A stretch of DNA of 64,000 nucleotides from Macrostomum lignano (taxonomy: Eukaryota). The notes below the pieces were generated by a model. The model was given only the letters and a program-made list of their open reading frames with translations. It was not told the origin of the DNA and did not search any database. Positions 12,828 to 37,100 of this stretch are shown here, piece by piece (position 1 is the stretch's first letter; every line of letters starts with the position of its first letter). The stretch is taken from the NCBI GenBank assembly GCA_002269645.1, contig NIVC01000762.1, positions 1 through 64,000 on the forward strand, read 5' to 3'. The translations under genes were made by a program, and so were the position numbers.

Positions 12828-13271
12828 ATGGTGTGACCTTCCTGTGGCATGCAGCCCCATCTGCAAGGGCCCCTGAACACCCACTCCCAGCTATGAAAAC
12901 AGTGTCACAACCTTCAGGAAAATGCAACATCAACATCCTTGATGCCGAAGCCGAAGCGAGGCAGAGGCGGGCGACAACCTGCACGTCCTGCCCCTAGGGA
13001 GAAGTGAGGAATGAGGAGGGATCTGCTGGACCGGTGACCATCATCGGCCTCATTTGCAAGCATGGGGCGTCTGCCCCTTCCAGATCGGCAGCGCTGGAAA
13101 CAGAAGAGCCCTTGGAAGAAAGAAAACATGGTAGCTCTTCTGGGAATGAAATCGCGTATTTCCGTCACTGCCAATTGAATCAGGCTTCTATGAAAAGTTG
13201 ACGCGAATGAAGCAAGCGATGCATTTTTTTCTAACAATTGCCGTACCCATAAACAATTTTCTTAGTGTTTG

Positions 13272-13704
13272 CTTAACATACAGGTGTTTTCTATCCCACT
13301 TTAGTGAGTTATATCGGGGCTTAACATACAGGTGTTTTCTATCCCACTTTAGTGAGTTATATCGGGGCTTAACATACAGGTGTTTTCTATCCCACTTTAG
13401 TGAGTTATATCGGGGCTTAACATACAGGTGTTTTCTATCCCACTTTAGTGAGTTATATCGGGGCTTAACATACAGGTGTTTTCTATCCCACTTTAGTGAG
13501 TTATATCGGGGCTTAACATGCAGGTGTTTTCTATCCCACTTTAGTGAGTTATATCGGGGCTTAACATACAGGTGTTTTCTATCCCACTTTAGTGAGTTAT
13601 ATCGGGGCTTAACATACAGGTGTTTTCTATCCCACTTTAGTGAGTTATATCGGGGCTTAACATACAGGTGTTTTCTATCCCACTTTAGTGAGTTATATCG
13701 GGGT
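13272..13704. repeat. 48-bp minisatellite, about 9 copies
   Basis: Unit ACATACAGGTGTTTTCTATCCCACTTTAGTGAGTTATATCGGGGCTTA. Confidence 0.95.
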
Positions 13705-14141
13705 TTTGAATCCAGTCGTTCCCACAACTCAGCCGCTCAACATTGCGCACCTGTAAGCTCTACCTCGCACGCACCTGTTGACGGGTGTCTTGGAGCGACT
13801 AGTTTTCAAGTGCGACATTTTCTGGCAGGCCTATTGTCAAATTATGCTGTCAATCAATATTTTTCTGGAGAAAATACTTCCTTGTAGTGCCTTTGTTGCA
13901 CAATTATTTAAACTTCTTACTACTCAAACACGTTCTTACTACTCAAACACGTTTTTATCAGCTCAAAAAACGTTAAAGCGTGTTTCTATAAATAGATACG
14001 AGGAATCGCGCTCAACTTTCATGAAGAAACAATTCCATCCACGAGAAACATCTCCCTTCAAAAATCCCCATAGATCCTGTTGTTGGGAATAGGGGAGCCA
14101 GTCTTCCACTAACAAGTTGGCGCAAAGTGGAGTGAAGGATT

Positions 14142-14499
14142 GGGGCCGTATCCCAGAGGTCCAGCGCGGCGCTCTGATGTGCCAGCGGCCCAGGCTCGAT
14201 TCCAAGTGCAGTCGCATTAATTTGGGGCTAAATTGGGATCTCTGCCGGAGCACGAGAATTTCCTACAGGGTTTTTCCTATCGGAATTTCAAGTCAACTCC
14301 AGTCTATAGACAATGCTGGACTAGATTAGAACTAGACTAGCTTTTAAATTCGATTGGATTTGACTTGAACTTACGACAGGAAAAACCCTCCGGGAAAACC
14401 TTAGCGGGAAATTCTCATAGACCCATCTCTGCTTGGTTCTGCACCTGTAATTAACGCCCTTAAAGGCCAAACATCAAGGCGAAGTGATGTGACATGCCT
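14142..14499 (+). mobile_element. tRNA-derived SINE-like element (copy 1), interrupted by a MITE
   Basis: Aligns with 61787-61960 on both sides of the insert. B-box-like GGCTCGATTCC at 14193 and degenerate A box TATCCCAGAGG at 14149. Confidence 0.6.
14246..14424. mobile_element. About 179-bp MITE with terminal inverted repeats and an 8-bp target-site duplication
   Basis: ATCTCTGC at 14238-14245 and again at 14425-14432. Inverted blocks GAGAATTTCC/GGAAATTCTC, GGTTTTTCCT/AGGAAAAACC and TTCAAGTCAA/TTGACTTGAA. The insert is absent from the second SINE copy. Confidence 0.72.
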
Positions 14500-14931
14500 A
14501 ACGATAAATAAAGTTAGGGCCGCTGTACACTCCTGTGTGAGTGTGTGCCTGCTCAGGAAAGTCGGCGGAATGGGCAGTAATGCCTCTCGCCGGTTGTGTG
14601 ACAATGTCGGTTAAAGTGCGCCAGGGTGCGCACAACCAGACTGATTCTAACTGAGCTAAACTCTATGAAACTTTTTTTGTGAGTACAAACATCAAAAACC
14701 ATGTTTAAAAAGCAAGCTCAAAATCATCGGAAAACGTTCTGGAGTTTTGCGACGCAGCCGAGATATTTCTGCTGAGCACGGATGTCTCGAATGTATTGGA
14801 ACTCGATTTAGTTACTGGGCCAAAAACAAACATTTTTTTCTAAAACGCACAAGTTCTTTTGCTACAAGTGGCTTTGTTGGTACGAGTTTAAGTAACGATA
14901 TTAGTGGGTAGCGCTCTCTTGAAAATAGAGT

Positions 14932-15771
14932 TCAATTGTCGCTCCAGAACGGGTCGAGGCACTCGCAGGCTCCGTAGTACTTTACCGAATTCGGCTTGTC
15001 GTCCAGACCAGAATCGACAATTCTGGCACGTAAGTTGGAGTTCGGTGGATCGTTAGGAGCGCTGGACCTCCAGACTCCGCCACTGGTCGTGTTCAGCAGC
15101 GGCAGCGGCCAGCCACAGTCCGCCCACGCCCAGCTGCCGTTGCTCAGAATCGATGCGCCAACCCAGATTTGCTGGCTGGAAAGTCCAGCCGACGCCCTCA
15201 CGTCCTGCATCTCCTCGACGCTGCTGAGATCGGCCAGCTTCGTCAGCGGCATGGCGGACCCGTCCGAGCTGCTCAAGAAGCTCCGGCAGCTGTCGGCCTG
15301 AGCACTCCAGCTGGCCTCCTGCCCGCTCCCAGCAGTCTTGTACAGCGAGCCCTTGAAGCTGCTGCCGCTGACGCCGGACACCCAGCGATAGTCGGCGGGA
15401 CAGAGCCGGCCCGGCTCGAGACCCTCCGACTGCTTGACGAAGACTCGGAGCTGCCGGCTGGCGCAGCCGCTGCTCGCCATCGAGCTGGCATCGAGCAGCA
15501 GCTGCGAGCTGCAGGCATCGAAGGAGAACACCAGACAGACCTGAGCGTCCGAGGCGTGTCCGGCCTCCATGGCGAAGGCCCGGCACCGCGGAGCTGCGCG
15601 ACAGCGAAAGGCGCAGTTGGCGATGTCCAGGTCGAGCCGCTGGTAGTGGGCTGGCGACACGCAGCTCGAGGCGAGGATCGACTGGAAGGAGGCGGTCCGA
15701 GTGCAGCAGGTCGCAGGTCGGCAGAGCAGCAGCAGCGGCAGCAGCAGGGGAACGAAGTTACAGGATTTCAT
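14932..15771 (-). CDS. Secreted PAN/Apple domain + C-type lectin-like domain protein (copy B), single exon, 279 aa
   Basis: MKSCNFVPLLLPLLLLC signal peptide; PAN-like C-x3-C-x5-C-x-AF...C-L pattern; CTLD motifs WVG, GSWAWAD, W-x3-APN and terminal C. Confidence 0.82.
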   Translation of the reverse strand: MKSCNFVPLLLPLLLLCRPATCCTRTASFQSILASSCVSPAHYQRLDLDIANCAFRCRAAPRCRAFAMEAGHASDAQVCLVFSFDACSSQLLLDASSMASSGCASRQLRVFVKQSEGLEPGRLCPADYRWVSGVSGSSFKGSLYKTAGSGQEASWSAQADSCRSFLSSSDGSAMPLTKLADLSSVEEMQDVRASAGLSSQQIWVGASILSNGSWAWADCGWPLPLLNTTSGGVWRSSAPNDPPNSNLRARIVDSGLDDKPNSVKYYGACECLDPFWSDN

Positions 15772-16166
15772 ATTCTTCGACAGTGGAGGCACTTTGATAA
15801 ATTTTGAGTGCAGAGGAAAACGTTGCTGCTGTCTACCAGGGTATCTTTTCATTTTGTTGCATTTTGAGTGGATTTTATCAAATATTCCTTCCTGGTGTGT
15901 TCTTCAAGCATCTGTCATTGGCTATGCTCAGCATGCTAGAAGCTGGTCGACTCAGGTTCTTCTGCTCTGTGCATGCTAGTTGCATTCAGTGAGACTCTTC
16001 AGTCACTGCTTCATTTCGGGTTGAAGGGTGCTTGGCCTGGAATCCTGTCTTTTTAAAATAAATTGCCAGTCGTCAATTTTTTTCACATTTTGACCGGATG
16101 CTTCTGGAATGCTTTTCTAGCTGAACTGCAAACGAATATTTTGGCTAGCTCGTTAGACTGCTAGTC

Positions 16167-16554
<388 letters not shown>

Positions 16555-16849
16555 GCTTTTTTACATATGTCTCAGACCGATCGTCCTGTCTAGCGTCTGG
16601 CTTGAAATAAAAACTGACTTTCAGCTTAGCATTGTTTGTTTTATGTCATACTTACGCCCGTAGATGAGTCTGACGGGCACAGAGAATGACGGGACCAATG
16701 CTCGCACCGTCATACGACGCCAGTGCCTGCTCACTTTACTAAGACTTCTTTTTGAAGTACCATGATGAAAACTAGATTAAATAACTATAGAAACTAAATA
16801 CGCTCGGACATCTCCACACGAACCAGCAATGTCACCGGCCGACGGAACT

Positions 16850-17760
16850 AAGGAGGCAGCAGACGGGACGAACGGAAGAGACGGGACTGAGCCATGCCGT
16901 CACGACCGTGAGGAACAGCTTCAACAACAAATTCCACTGCAACCTTGGTACTCCAGAATCCATCGCCAATATTGTCTGCTTTCACGACGCCTAGTAGACG
17001 TTCGTAGGATCGCAGAATCGCGAGGTCCAAGTCGGCGATGTGGTGTTGTTCATGGATTCCGGAGTACCAAGGTAGCAGTAAAAGTTGTTGAAGCTGTGCA
17101 TTACCGTCGTGACAGCGGTGACTCGGTTGTGTCTTCTACGTTTGTCTACATGTAGTCTGCTGCTTAGTCGTGGTTCTTTTGGCAGCTAAGAGCTTTTGAC
17201 CATCGGTAGTCTGCAGTGGTACCGTTTGAGCGTCAAGCAATCGTACAGCCGCGTGGAACGTCTTGAAGTTGTCCGAAATTATCGACGGGATGCCACGAAG
17301 GAAGCACAGAATCGACGTAGACTCTACAAAAACGGCTGGATGATCAGGTCTGGTACCACTTTGAGGAGAACAGCATGCAAATAGCGGAATGCAGGCCTTG
17401 TGCTGGAAGTCACCCCCCTGCGGTACTGCAGCGGACTGCATTAGTCGAGGCCAGCATTCTAGAATGCTCTTGACGTTTTAAGTCGCAACGATGGCAACTG
17501 AGCCTGCTGGTTTGCTTTTTGCGGCAATCCTTTTAGTCGGATACCTGTGTTGCCTGTTGTTGCCAGCTAACCTTTTTCGAGCTTTTATAATCCAAAATAC
17601 TCTCCGTGGGCAACCTTCCTGTGGGCGAGATCGACAAGCAATATTTGAAAGGTGAAATTTGTGGGACACAGCACGGGCGAATCTTGTCAAGTGCAAGATC
17701 GAACTCTCCTAGACGTCTCCTAAACGTCCCAAAAGTTACTTGAAAGAAGTCCAAACACAT
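16850..17760 (-). mobile_element. Degenerate BEL/Pao LTR-retrotransposon pol relic (integrase zinc-binding region, core and C-terminal DUF5641-like segment)
   Basis: Minus-strand fragments FWIIKARKRL, VVPDL..Q.FL.SLRRFC, RGIPSIISDNFKTFHAA and VVEAVPHGRDGM; plus-strand REVQVGDVVLFMDSGVPR. Many stops and frameshifts. Confidence 0.75.
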
Positions 17761-17942
17761 CGCTTTGGAATGCGCTCAAAAGTTATGGGTGAAGTGTCTA
17801 AGTGCAGCTGAGCACTCACTGATTTTGCAAAAGTTTTTATTAATCTTATTTTCACTTTTGCAACAGAATGTGAATTGCAGAGTAAAGTACCTTCTGTTTC
17901 AGGCGATTTGAGCATATCTCTAGCAACTCAAGGTGCTAGTAA

Positions 17943-18785
17943 TCAAACTTCAAATCCCCAGAACGGATCCAGGCATTCGCAGGCGCCAAAATAGTCAGTT
18001 GAATCCGGCTTGTCGTCTATACCAGAATGGCTAATTCTGGCACGTAAGTTGAGTTTCGGTGAATCGTTAGGAGCGCTGGACCCCCAGACTCCGCCATATG
18101 CAGCGCTCAGCAGCGGCAGCGGCCAGCCGCAGTCCGCCCACGCCCAGCTGCCGTTGCTCAGAATCGATGCGCCAACCCAGATTTCCTGGCTGGAAAGTCC
18201 AGCCGACGCCCTCACGTCCTGCAGCTCATCGACGCTGCTGAGATCGGCCAGCTTCGTCAGCGGCATGACGGATCCGTCCGAGCTGCTCAAGAAGCTCCGG
18301 CAGCTGTCGGCCTGAGCACTCCAGCTGGCCTCCTGCCCGCTCCCAGCAGTCTTGTACAGCGAGCCCTTGAAGCTGCTGCCGCTGACGCCGGACACCCAGC
18401 GATATTCGGCGGGACAGAGCCGGCCCGGCTCGAGACCCCCCGACTGCTTGACGAAGACTCGGAGCTGCCGGCTGGCGCAGCCGCTGCTCGCCATCGAGCT
18501 GGGATCGAGCAGCAGCTGCGAGCTGCAGGCATCGAAGGAGAACAGCAGGCAGACCTGAGCGTCCGAGGCGTGTCCGGCCTCCATGGCGAAGGCCCGGCAC
18601 CGCGGAGCTGCCCGACAGCGAAAGGCGCAGCTGGCGATGTCCAGGACAAACCGCTGGTAGTGGGCTGGCGACACGCAGTTGGAGGCGAGGATCGAGTGGA
18701 AGGAGGCGGGCCGCGTGCAGCAGGTCGCAGGTCGGCAGAGTAGCAGCAGCGGCAGCAGCAGGGGAATGATGGAGCCGGTGAGCAT
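17943..18785 (-). CDS. Secreted PAN/Apple + C-type lectin-like protein (copy C), single exon, 280 aa
   Basis: Intact ORF MLTGSIIPLLLPLLLLC... with the same architecture as copy B. Confidence 0.85.
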   Translation of the reverse strand: MLTGSIIPLLLPLLLLCRPATCCTRPASFHSILASNCVSPAHYQRFVLDIASCAFRCRAAPRCRAFAMEAGHASDAQVCLLFSFDACSSQLLLDPSSMASSGCASRQLRVFVKQSGGLEPGRLCPAEYRWVSGVSGSSFKGSLYKTAGSGQEASWSAQADSCRSFLSSSDGSVMPLTKLADLSSVDELQDVRASAGLSSQEIWVGASILSNGSWAWADCGWPLPLLSAAYGGVWGSSAPNDSPKLNLRARISHSGIDDKPDSTDYFGACECLDPFWGFEV

Positions 18786-19353
18786 TGCAGTGTGGGAAAA
18801 TCAGGCTTTTCTGCTTTTGTCAGAGATGCTGAGCTGGTCGCGAAAAATTTCGAACGTGAAAAGCATCTGCAGCTGTGGCTTAATTTATCTGCCTATCTGA
18901 CATAGTGGAGCAGATGTTGTTAGCTACGCTCGCAGCAAGTTGCTACGGATGACTGCGTGAGTTGCCTCTCTAGGAAATATTTTTTGCTAACAGTTGTTTC
19001 TAAACGGCATTCAAATATTTCAACAATGCTTCCACGAGAAGCAGGTGTTTTATGCCAGCCAGTTTGTGCTAAAAAATCGTTTCAGCTGCATAACGTTTGT
19101 GAAAACATGTTCAAGGTCGCAGTCTTCGTACTCGAAAGCAAAGGTGCACCGGTTGTACTAACGAACGGAAACAATGCTAATCTATTCGCGCAGATAATTT
19201 CCAATCACAGAAACAGAAAGATTAAATTGAAATCCGAGAATCGATAGTTATCAAAGCATATGATCAACCGAAACTCTGTCGTTACTTGAGTACTTATGGC
19301 GGTAAAAAAGACCCGATTGAAAAATCCATTCGGTCATAACCGTGAATTTCTGT

Positions 19354-30231
<10,878 letters not shown>

Positions 30232-30249
30232 CTGGTAAGAAGATGCTAC

Positions 30250-32435
30250 GTGTCTGATGCTACGGGTCTGAGATGCTACGGGTCTGAGATGCTACGGGTC
30301 TGAGATGCTACGGGTCTGAGATGCTACGGGTCTGAGATGCTACGGGTCTGAGATGCTACGGGTCTGAGATGCTACGGGTCTGAGATGCTACGGGTCTGAG
30401 ATGCTACGGGTCTGAGATGCTACGGGTCTGAGATGCTACGGGTCTGAGATGCTACGGGTCTGAGATGCTACGGGTCTGAGATGCTACGGGTCTGAGATGC
30501 TACGGGTCTGAGATGCTACGGGTCTGAGATGCTACGGGTCTGAGATGCTACGGGTCTGAGATGCTACGGGTCTGAGATGCTACGGGTCTGAGATGCTACG
30601 GGTCTGAGATGCTACGGGTCTGAGATGCTACGGGTCTGAGATGCTACGGGTCTGAGATGCTACGGGTCTGAGATGCTACGGGTCTGAGATGCTACGGGTC
30701 TGAGATGCTACGGGTCTGAGATGCTACGGGTCTGAGATGCTACGGGTCTGAGATGCTACGGGTCTGAGATGCTACGGGTCTGAGATGCTACGGGTCTGAG
30801 ATGCTACGGGTCTGAGATGCTACGGGTCTGAGATGCTACAGATCTGAGATGCTACGGGTCTGAGATGCTACGGGTCTGAGATGCTACGGGTCTGAGATGC
30901 TACGGGTCTGAGATGCTACGGGTCTGAGATGCTACGGGTCTGAGATGCTACGGGTCTGAGATGCTACGGGTCTGAGATGCTACGGGTCTGAGATGCTACG
31001 GGTCTGAGATGCTACGGGTCTGAGATGCTACGGGTCTGAGATGCTACGGGTCTGAGATGCTACGGGTCTGAGATGCTACGGGTCTGAGATGCTACGGGTC
31101 TGAGATGCTACGGGTCTGAGATGCTACGGGTCTGAGATGCTACGGGTCTGAGATGCTACGGGTCTGAGATGCTACGGGTCTGAGATGCTACGGGTCTGAG
31201 ATGCTACGGGTCTGAGATGCTACGGGTCTGAGATGCTACGGGTCTGAGATGCTACGGGTCTGAGATGCTACGGGTCTGAGATGCTACGGGTCTGAGATGC
31301 TACGGGTCTGAGATGCTACGGGTCTGAGATGCTACGGGTCTGAGATGCTACGGGTCTGAGATGCTACGGGTCTGAGATGCTACGGGTCTGAGATGCTACG
31401 GGTCTGAGATGCTACGGGTCTGAGATGCTACAGATCTGAGATGCTACGGGTCTGAGATGCTACGGGTCTGAGATGCTACGGGTCTGAGATGCTACGGGTC
31501 TGAGATGCTACGGGTCTGAGATGCTACGGGTCTGAGATGCTACGGGTCTGAGATGCTACGGGTCTGAGATGCTACGGGTCTGAGATGCTACGGGTCTGAG
31601 ATGCTACGGGTCTGAGATGCTACGGGTCTGAGATGCTACGGGTCTGAGATGCTACGGGTCTGAGATGCTACGGGTCTGAGATGCTACGGGTCTGAGATGC
31701 TACGGGTCTGAGATGCTACGGGTCTGAGATGCTACGGGTCTGAGATGCTACGGGTCTGAGATGCTACGGGTCTGAGATGCTATGGGTCTGAGATGCTACG
31801 GGTCTGAGATGCTACGGGTGGGTCTGAGATGCTACGGGTCTGAGATGCTACGGTTCTGAGATGCTACGGGTCTGAGATGCTACAGATCTGAGATGCTACG
31901 GGTCTGAGATGCTACGGGTCTGAGATGCTACGGGTTTGAGATGCTACGGGTCTGAGATGCTACGGGTCTGAGATGCTACGGGTCTGAGATGCTACAGGTC
32001 TGAGATACTACGGGTCTGAGATGCTGCGGGTCTGAGATGCTACGGGTCTGAGATGCTACGGGTCTGAGATGCTACGGGTCTGAGATGCTACGGGTCTGAG
32101 ATGCTACGGGTCTGAGATGCTACGGGTCTGAGATGCTACGGGTCTGAGATGCTACGGGTCTGAGATGCTACCGGTCTGAGATGCTACGGGTCTGAGATGC
32201 TACGGGTCTGAGATGCTACGGGTCTGAGATGCTACGGGTCTGAGATGCTACGGGTCTGAGATGCTACGGGTCTGAGATGCTACAGGTCTGAGATGCTACG
32301 GGTCTGAGATGCTACGGGTCTGAGATGCTACGGGTCTGAGATGCTACGGGTCTGAGATGCTACGGGTCTGAGATGCTACGGGTCTGAGATGCTACGGGTC
32401 TCTGAGATGCTACGGGTCTGAGATGCTGCGGGTCT
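30250..32435. repeat. 16-bp satellite, about 136 near-perfect copies
   Basis: Unit TGAGATGCTACGGGTC. Confidence 0.97.
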
Positions 32436-34189
32436 GCTGCAGGTCTGGTACCAAGGGTTTTTGTTATACGGCTGGTTGCTTCTAAATCTAAAGCTTAATC
32501 TGGGTGAATTTTCAGCCTAGTACAGCAGGAGTATACAACACAGAAGACGACTTTGAAACAGAGCGCGCTTCAGGCAAGCCTGAAAGAAGCTTTAAAAATA
32601 GAGAAGTTCCTGCAAGTTGCTGCATAAATATAGAAAAAAATGGTTGACTGCAGACGCGCTGTGGTGGGGAGGTTAGAGGAGTGTCTGTCAGGAACATTGC
32701 TACCGCAGGGAGAGAGGGGAATATACAATAGCGCAATGCGCGCAGAGTTGAAAAGCCATCAGCCATTGGCTCCGGATGGACAGGGGTTGATGATCGATGG
32801 TTAAGCATGAGGAGTAGCAGATACCTGCAGCATCATGCATAATGCTTTTAATATTAGGATTTCTAATTGTTTGCTGCCTGAATTCTCCCATTACTGCATA
32901 TGGGCTAGGAGAGGAGAAATGGAGTCGCGTACAAGTATGCTTCCATGCAGAGAGAATTGATGTGAAGAGTCAAGAGTGTGTCAGAAAACATGTGTACATG
33001 TATTGCAAACGTGGGGGGGGGAATTAATGCATATAGAAATTCCGTGTTCACCAATATGAACCAATATGCGAAATACACTACATGGTATGAATATGTATCG
33101 TTAGAAAATGCTGCATTGGATTTGAATCCACTGATTTGGCATGCATAAATGATGTGACACCCTGTTGTAACATGTAACATGTAACATACATATAATGTAT
33201 CTGATGATTGATGAAGTTTAGCTTAATGCTATATGTGCATGCATAATGGCCCAAAGTCCCAGTGGCGAAGGCAGGCCCGGGGAGCGGGTAAATCGATCGC
33301 CGACCACAAAATTCACTCCTCCAAAACTCTCAAGTCTCAATTGACTGGAACAAAACCTAAGAGACAGAAGCGCCACCAAAATAAGGGGCGCCCACCAACA
33401 AAATTAGATTTTTTTATTATCAGCTCATTAAAATTATTCTTCATTTAGATTCAACCGGGACCACGGTAGGAATAAATGGTTTCAGGTCAAACCTCGTAGA
33501 CAAGATGATCGTAATGCCAAAATGGAATTCAAAAGTGTTGCCGCAAAACAGCTACTGTTACGACTTACGAGTAAACTAAGCAAAACTTAAAATAATCATT
33601 CTACGCAAGGACGGCTTAAGTATTTTTAAGTAATACAAATAAAACTGCGAGCATCAATTTCGCTAGCGGCTTGCTTTTGTAAAGCACTAAACAAAAGAAA
33701 ACACATTTATTGTTTTCTCAGTCGTTTCTTTAGAAAGTTGTACAAAATTAACATGGAAAAAACATTTTCTTAAGATAAGTTTTTTTTAAAACAATGGCTT
33801 TATTTCCCTGATTTCTCTTTTCAATAACTCAAATTACTTTTGATGAAAATTTATGATTCGTTCGATGATTAAACTTAAAAGCCGGCTCTCTCCCTAACTA
33901 TAATGAAATAGATTGCCAGTACTTATGAGTTTTCGTTTCATACTTCATCTAAAACATTTGTAATAGACACTTCATTGCTCTCATTACTGCACGCCATAAT
34001 TACTGCTTTAGCATTGTTATTAGTATCAAGAAGTCCCTTCTTTATTTTGATTGACAATTTCTTGGGCCTATTTCTAGACTAAACCTTTACACTTACAGCA
34101 CTAGCTATAGCTTTGTAGTTGTTAGTTACTTTTAAAGTAGAAATTAGCTTAGCTTTTGCGCAGTATATTCATTAGCAAATGGCCTGATT

Positions 34190-37100
34190 ATGGACTCAGA
34201 TAGTGAAAATGTCCCAAGGAGAAGTGCACAGTGTAAGTGATATTTTAAAAGCAATCTAGTTACTTCTATTTTTTCTTTAGGTTTACTTCTAAAACCTAAC
34301 TTATAAGTTTTTTTATTTCATTATAACTCTAATTTGACAATTTTTTAATTCAAATAAAAAAACTTCTTCGTTAGTAATATTATTTTTTTAAATCTTAACT
34401 TATTCGGTAACTCTTTATGTAACTTAATTTAAGTTGACTAGAAGTTAATTAAAAATCATTAATAAGCATTAGGCCTAATCTGTTAATGACTGAACAATAA
34501 CATAGAAAATACAGTATCTTCAATTTTTTCCTAAATAGACTTCATTAATAGCTAGGGCCTAATGCATTTTTTGCTTTATTTTTAGCCAATGACAATATAG
34601 AGAAATGAGGCCCTACCCTATCCCATAGTTTGAATTGTGTGTTAGTGTTTGGGGGGTTTAATACTGGAAAAATAATGAGACCTTGTTTTGTATGCTGGGT
34701 TTTTATGCCAATACAAAAAAATAGACTATCCTGCAGAATTGTTTGTTAAATTCACTGTACATACATTTTTTAGCTATTGACATGAAACTTGGCTATTTTT
34801 GTATGCCAACTGTGTACACTTCATGTCAAACCTGAAAATTCTATATGCCAAGTGTATAACAAGATTGTCAATAAGACCAAAAATATGCCGGAAAATCCTG
34901 GCGTAAAGGCCACTTTCTAGACTATGGTCTCATAGTCTAGATCATGCTATGTGTATGCTCATACAAAAATTAAATAATTATGCACAAAAAAATGAGTATA
35001 TATTTATACTCTCAAATCTATATTAGAATTGCAACAATATTTTGAATAAATGACCTTTTTTCAATGTAATAATAAATGACCCTTTTATATTGCAATAATA
35101 AATGACCTTTTTTGAGTTGCATAAAGCCAAAAAACCTATTAAGATGCATGCCAGGTATACACACACACTTTTCTTAGGCACCAACTATGCATGCTTACCT
35201 TTGGCATGCAAGGCTAATGCATGCCCAAATTTTTAGGCATATACAAGTAAAATTAATATATAAAATACTTTTACTAGTAAGTATAAAATTAAAAAAGAAA
35301 ATTATTCATTTAAAACTTGAAAGCCAATTAGTTAGTAATAAAATATTAATAGGAAGGTATTTAAAGTATATTTATTATTAATATTTTATTTGAGATTATA
35401 TTAAAATACAATTAAAAAGTTTTTGTCAAAACATATTTAATTGCTAGTGTTTTATTTATAATCATTGCAATATTACCCAAAAAGTATATAAGTACACTAA
35501 GTATATTCTATATATCCCCTATTGGAATAAGACTTCATTTTGCAGACACTGTCTGGCATGCCTGAGAAACTTGATAGGCATAGGCATAGGCAGATTTACT
35601 CCAGCCATTTACCTAGTTCATATGTGTGCATGTATATAAGTAACTTAACTCTTTTAAGTCTTGCACAAGAGTGTCCAAGCCACTTATCCCAATAGCCAAT
35701 AGGGCTACGCAGGCACAGCCCTTTGAAGTACCCCTGTGTGGCATCCGCAGGTTTTGGTGATTCTATTCCAATAGGGTATATATTTAGCCTATATCATTAG
35801 ATTATAATAAACTTTCTCAAGGAATAAAAATTGAAAATATTTTAATCAAATACTTTATCTTTGCATCTTCAAAATTTTCTAGGAATCGCTATCTTAGAAA
35901 GCAATAGTCATTTATTAAAATATTAATGTATAGACTTTATTTCACCATCAATAAACTCCATCAACCTTTTCCCCACATCATCTTAGATGACAATGTGCAC
36001 CTCAAAGTTCTAATACCATCGATTGCTGCTGGTGCTATCATTGGCAAGGGTGGAGAAGCTCTGGCCCAGGTCCAAAAAGACTATGGGGCCAAGGTTAAGA
36101 TGTCTAAGGTTAATGATTGCTATCCAGGTGAGTAGAACATGCATGTATTTGTATTCTTTGTTTAGCATTTTCTGATAAATATGTTAATCTTTAAAATGGA
36201 ATCTGGGATTTGAATCCAATGGGATCTGGGATTTGAATCCAATGGTATCTGGGATTTGAATCCAATGGTATCTGGGATTTGAATCCAATGGGATCTGGTA
36301 TTTGAATTCAATGGGATCTGAGGTTTGAATCCAATGGGATCTGGGATTTGAATCCAATGGGATCTGGGATTTGAATCCAATGGGATCTGGGATTTGAATT
36401 CAATGTATCTGGGGTTTGAATCCAATGGTATCTGGGATTTGAATCCAATGGTATCTGGGATTTGAATCCAATGGTATTTGGGATTTGAATCTAATGGGAT
36501 CTGGGATTTGAATCCAATGGGATCTGGGATTTGAATCCAATGTAATCTGGGATTTGAATCCAATGGGATCTGGGATTTGAATTCAATGAGATCTGGGATT
36601 TGAATCCAATGGGATCTGGGATTTGAATCCAATGGGATCTGGGATTTGAATTCAATGTATCTGGGGTTTGAATCCAATGGTATCTGGGATTTGAATCCAA
36701 TGGTATCTGGAATTTGAATCCAATGGAATCTGGAAATTGAATCCAATGGAATCTGGGATTTGAATCCAATGGGATCTGGGATTTGAATCCAATGGGATTT
36801 GGGATTTGAATCCAATGGGATCTGGGATTTGAATCCAATATAATCTGGGATTTGAATCCAATGGGATCTGGGATTTGAATCCAATGGGATCTGGGAGTTT
36901 CTATTCTATATATTCTCACACCTGTTTTTTTAGGAACCACGGAGCGAATCTGCCTAATCCAGGGCGCTGTAGAGGCCATCACGGGAGTGTGCCACTACAT
37001 CATGGATCGGGTATTGGAGAAGCCCGACCCGAGTCCCAAACTGACTGGGGACGGCAAACTCAATGTAGAACGGCATAGACAGGTGAGATTGAGAAACATG

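Noticed and set aside
13188-13887. ORFs of KPRYNSLKWDRKHLYV or its antisense repeats; CRISPR-like regularity
   Set aside because: Head-to-tail 48-bp units with no unique spacers, in a eukaryotic context.
32725-32750. GCGCAATGCGC as an NRF1 site in the divergent promoter
   Set aside because: It has an extra base relative to GCGCATGCGC, occurs once, and the TSS is unknown.
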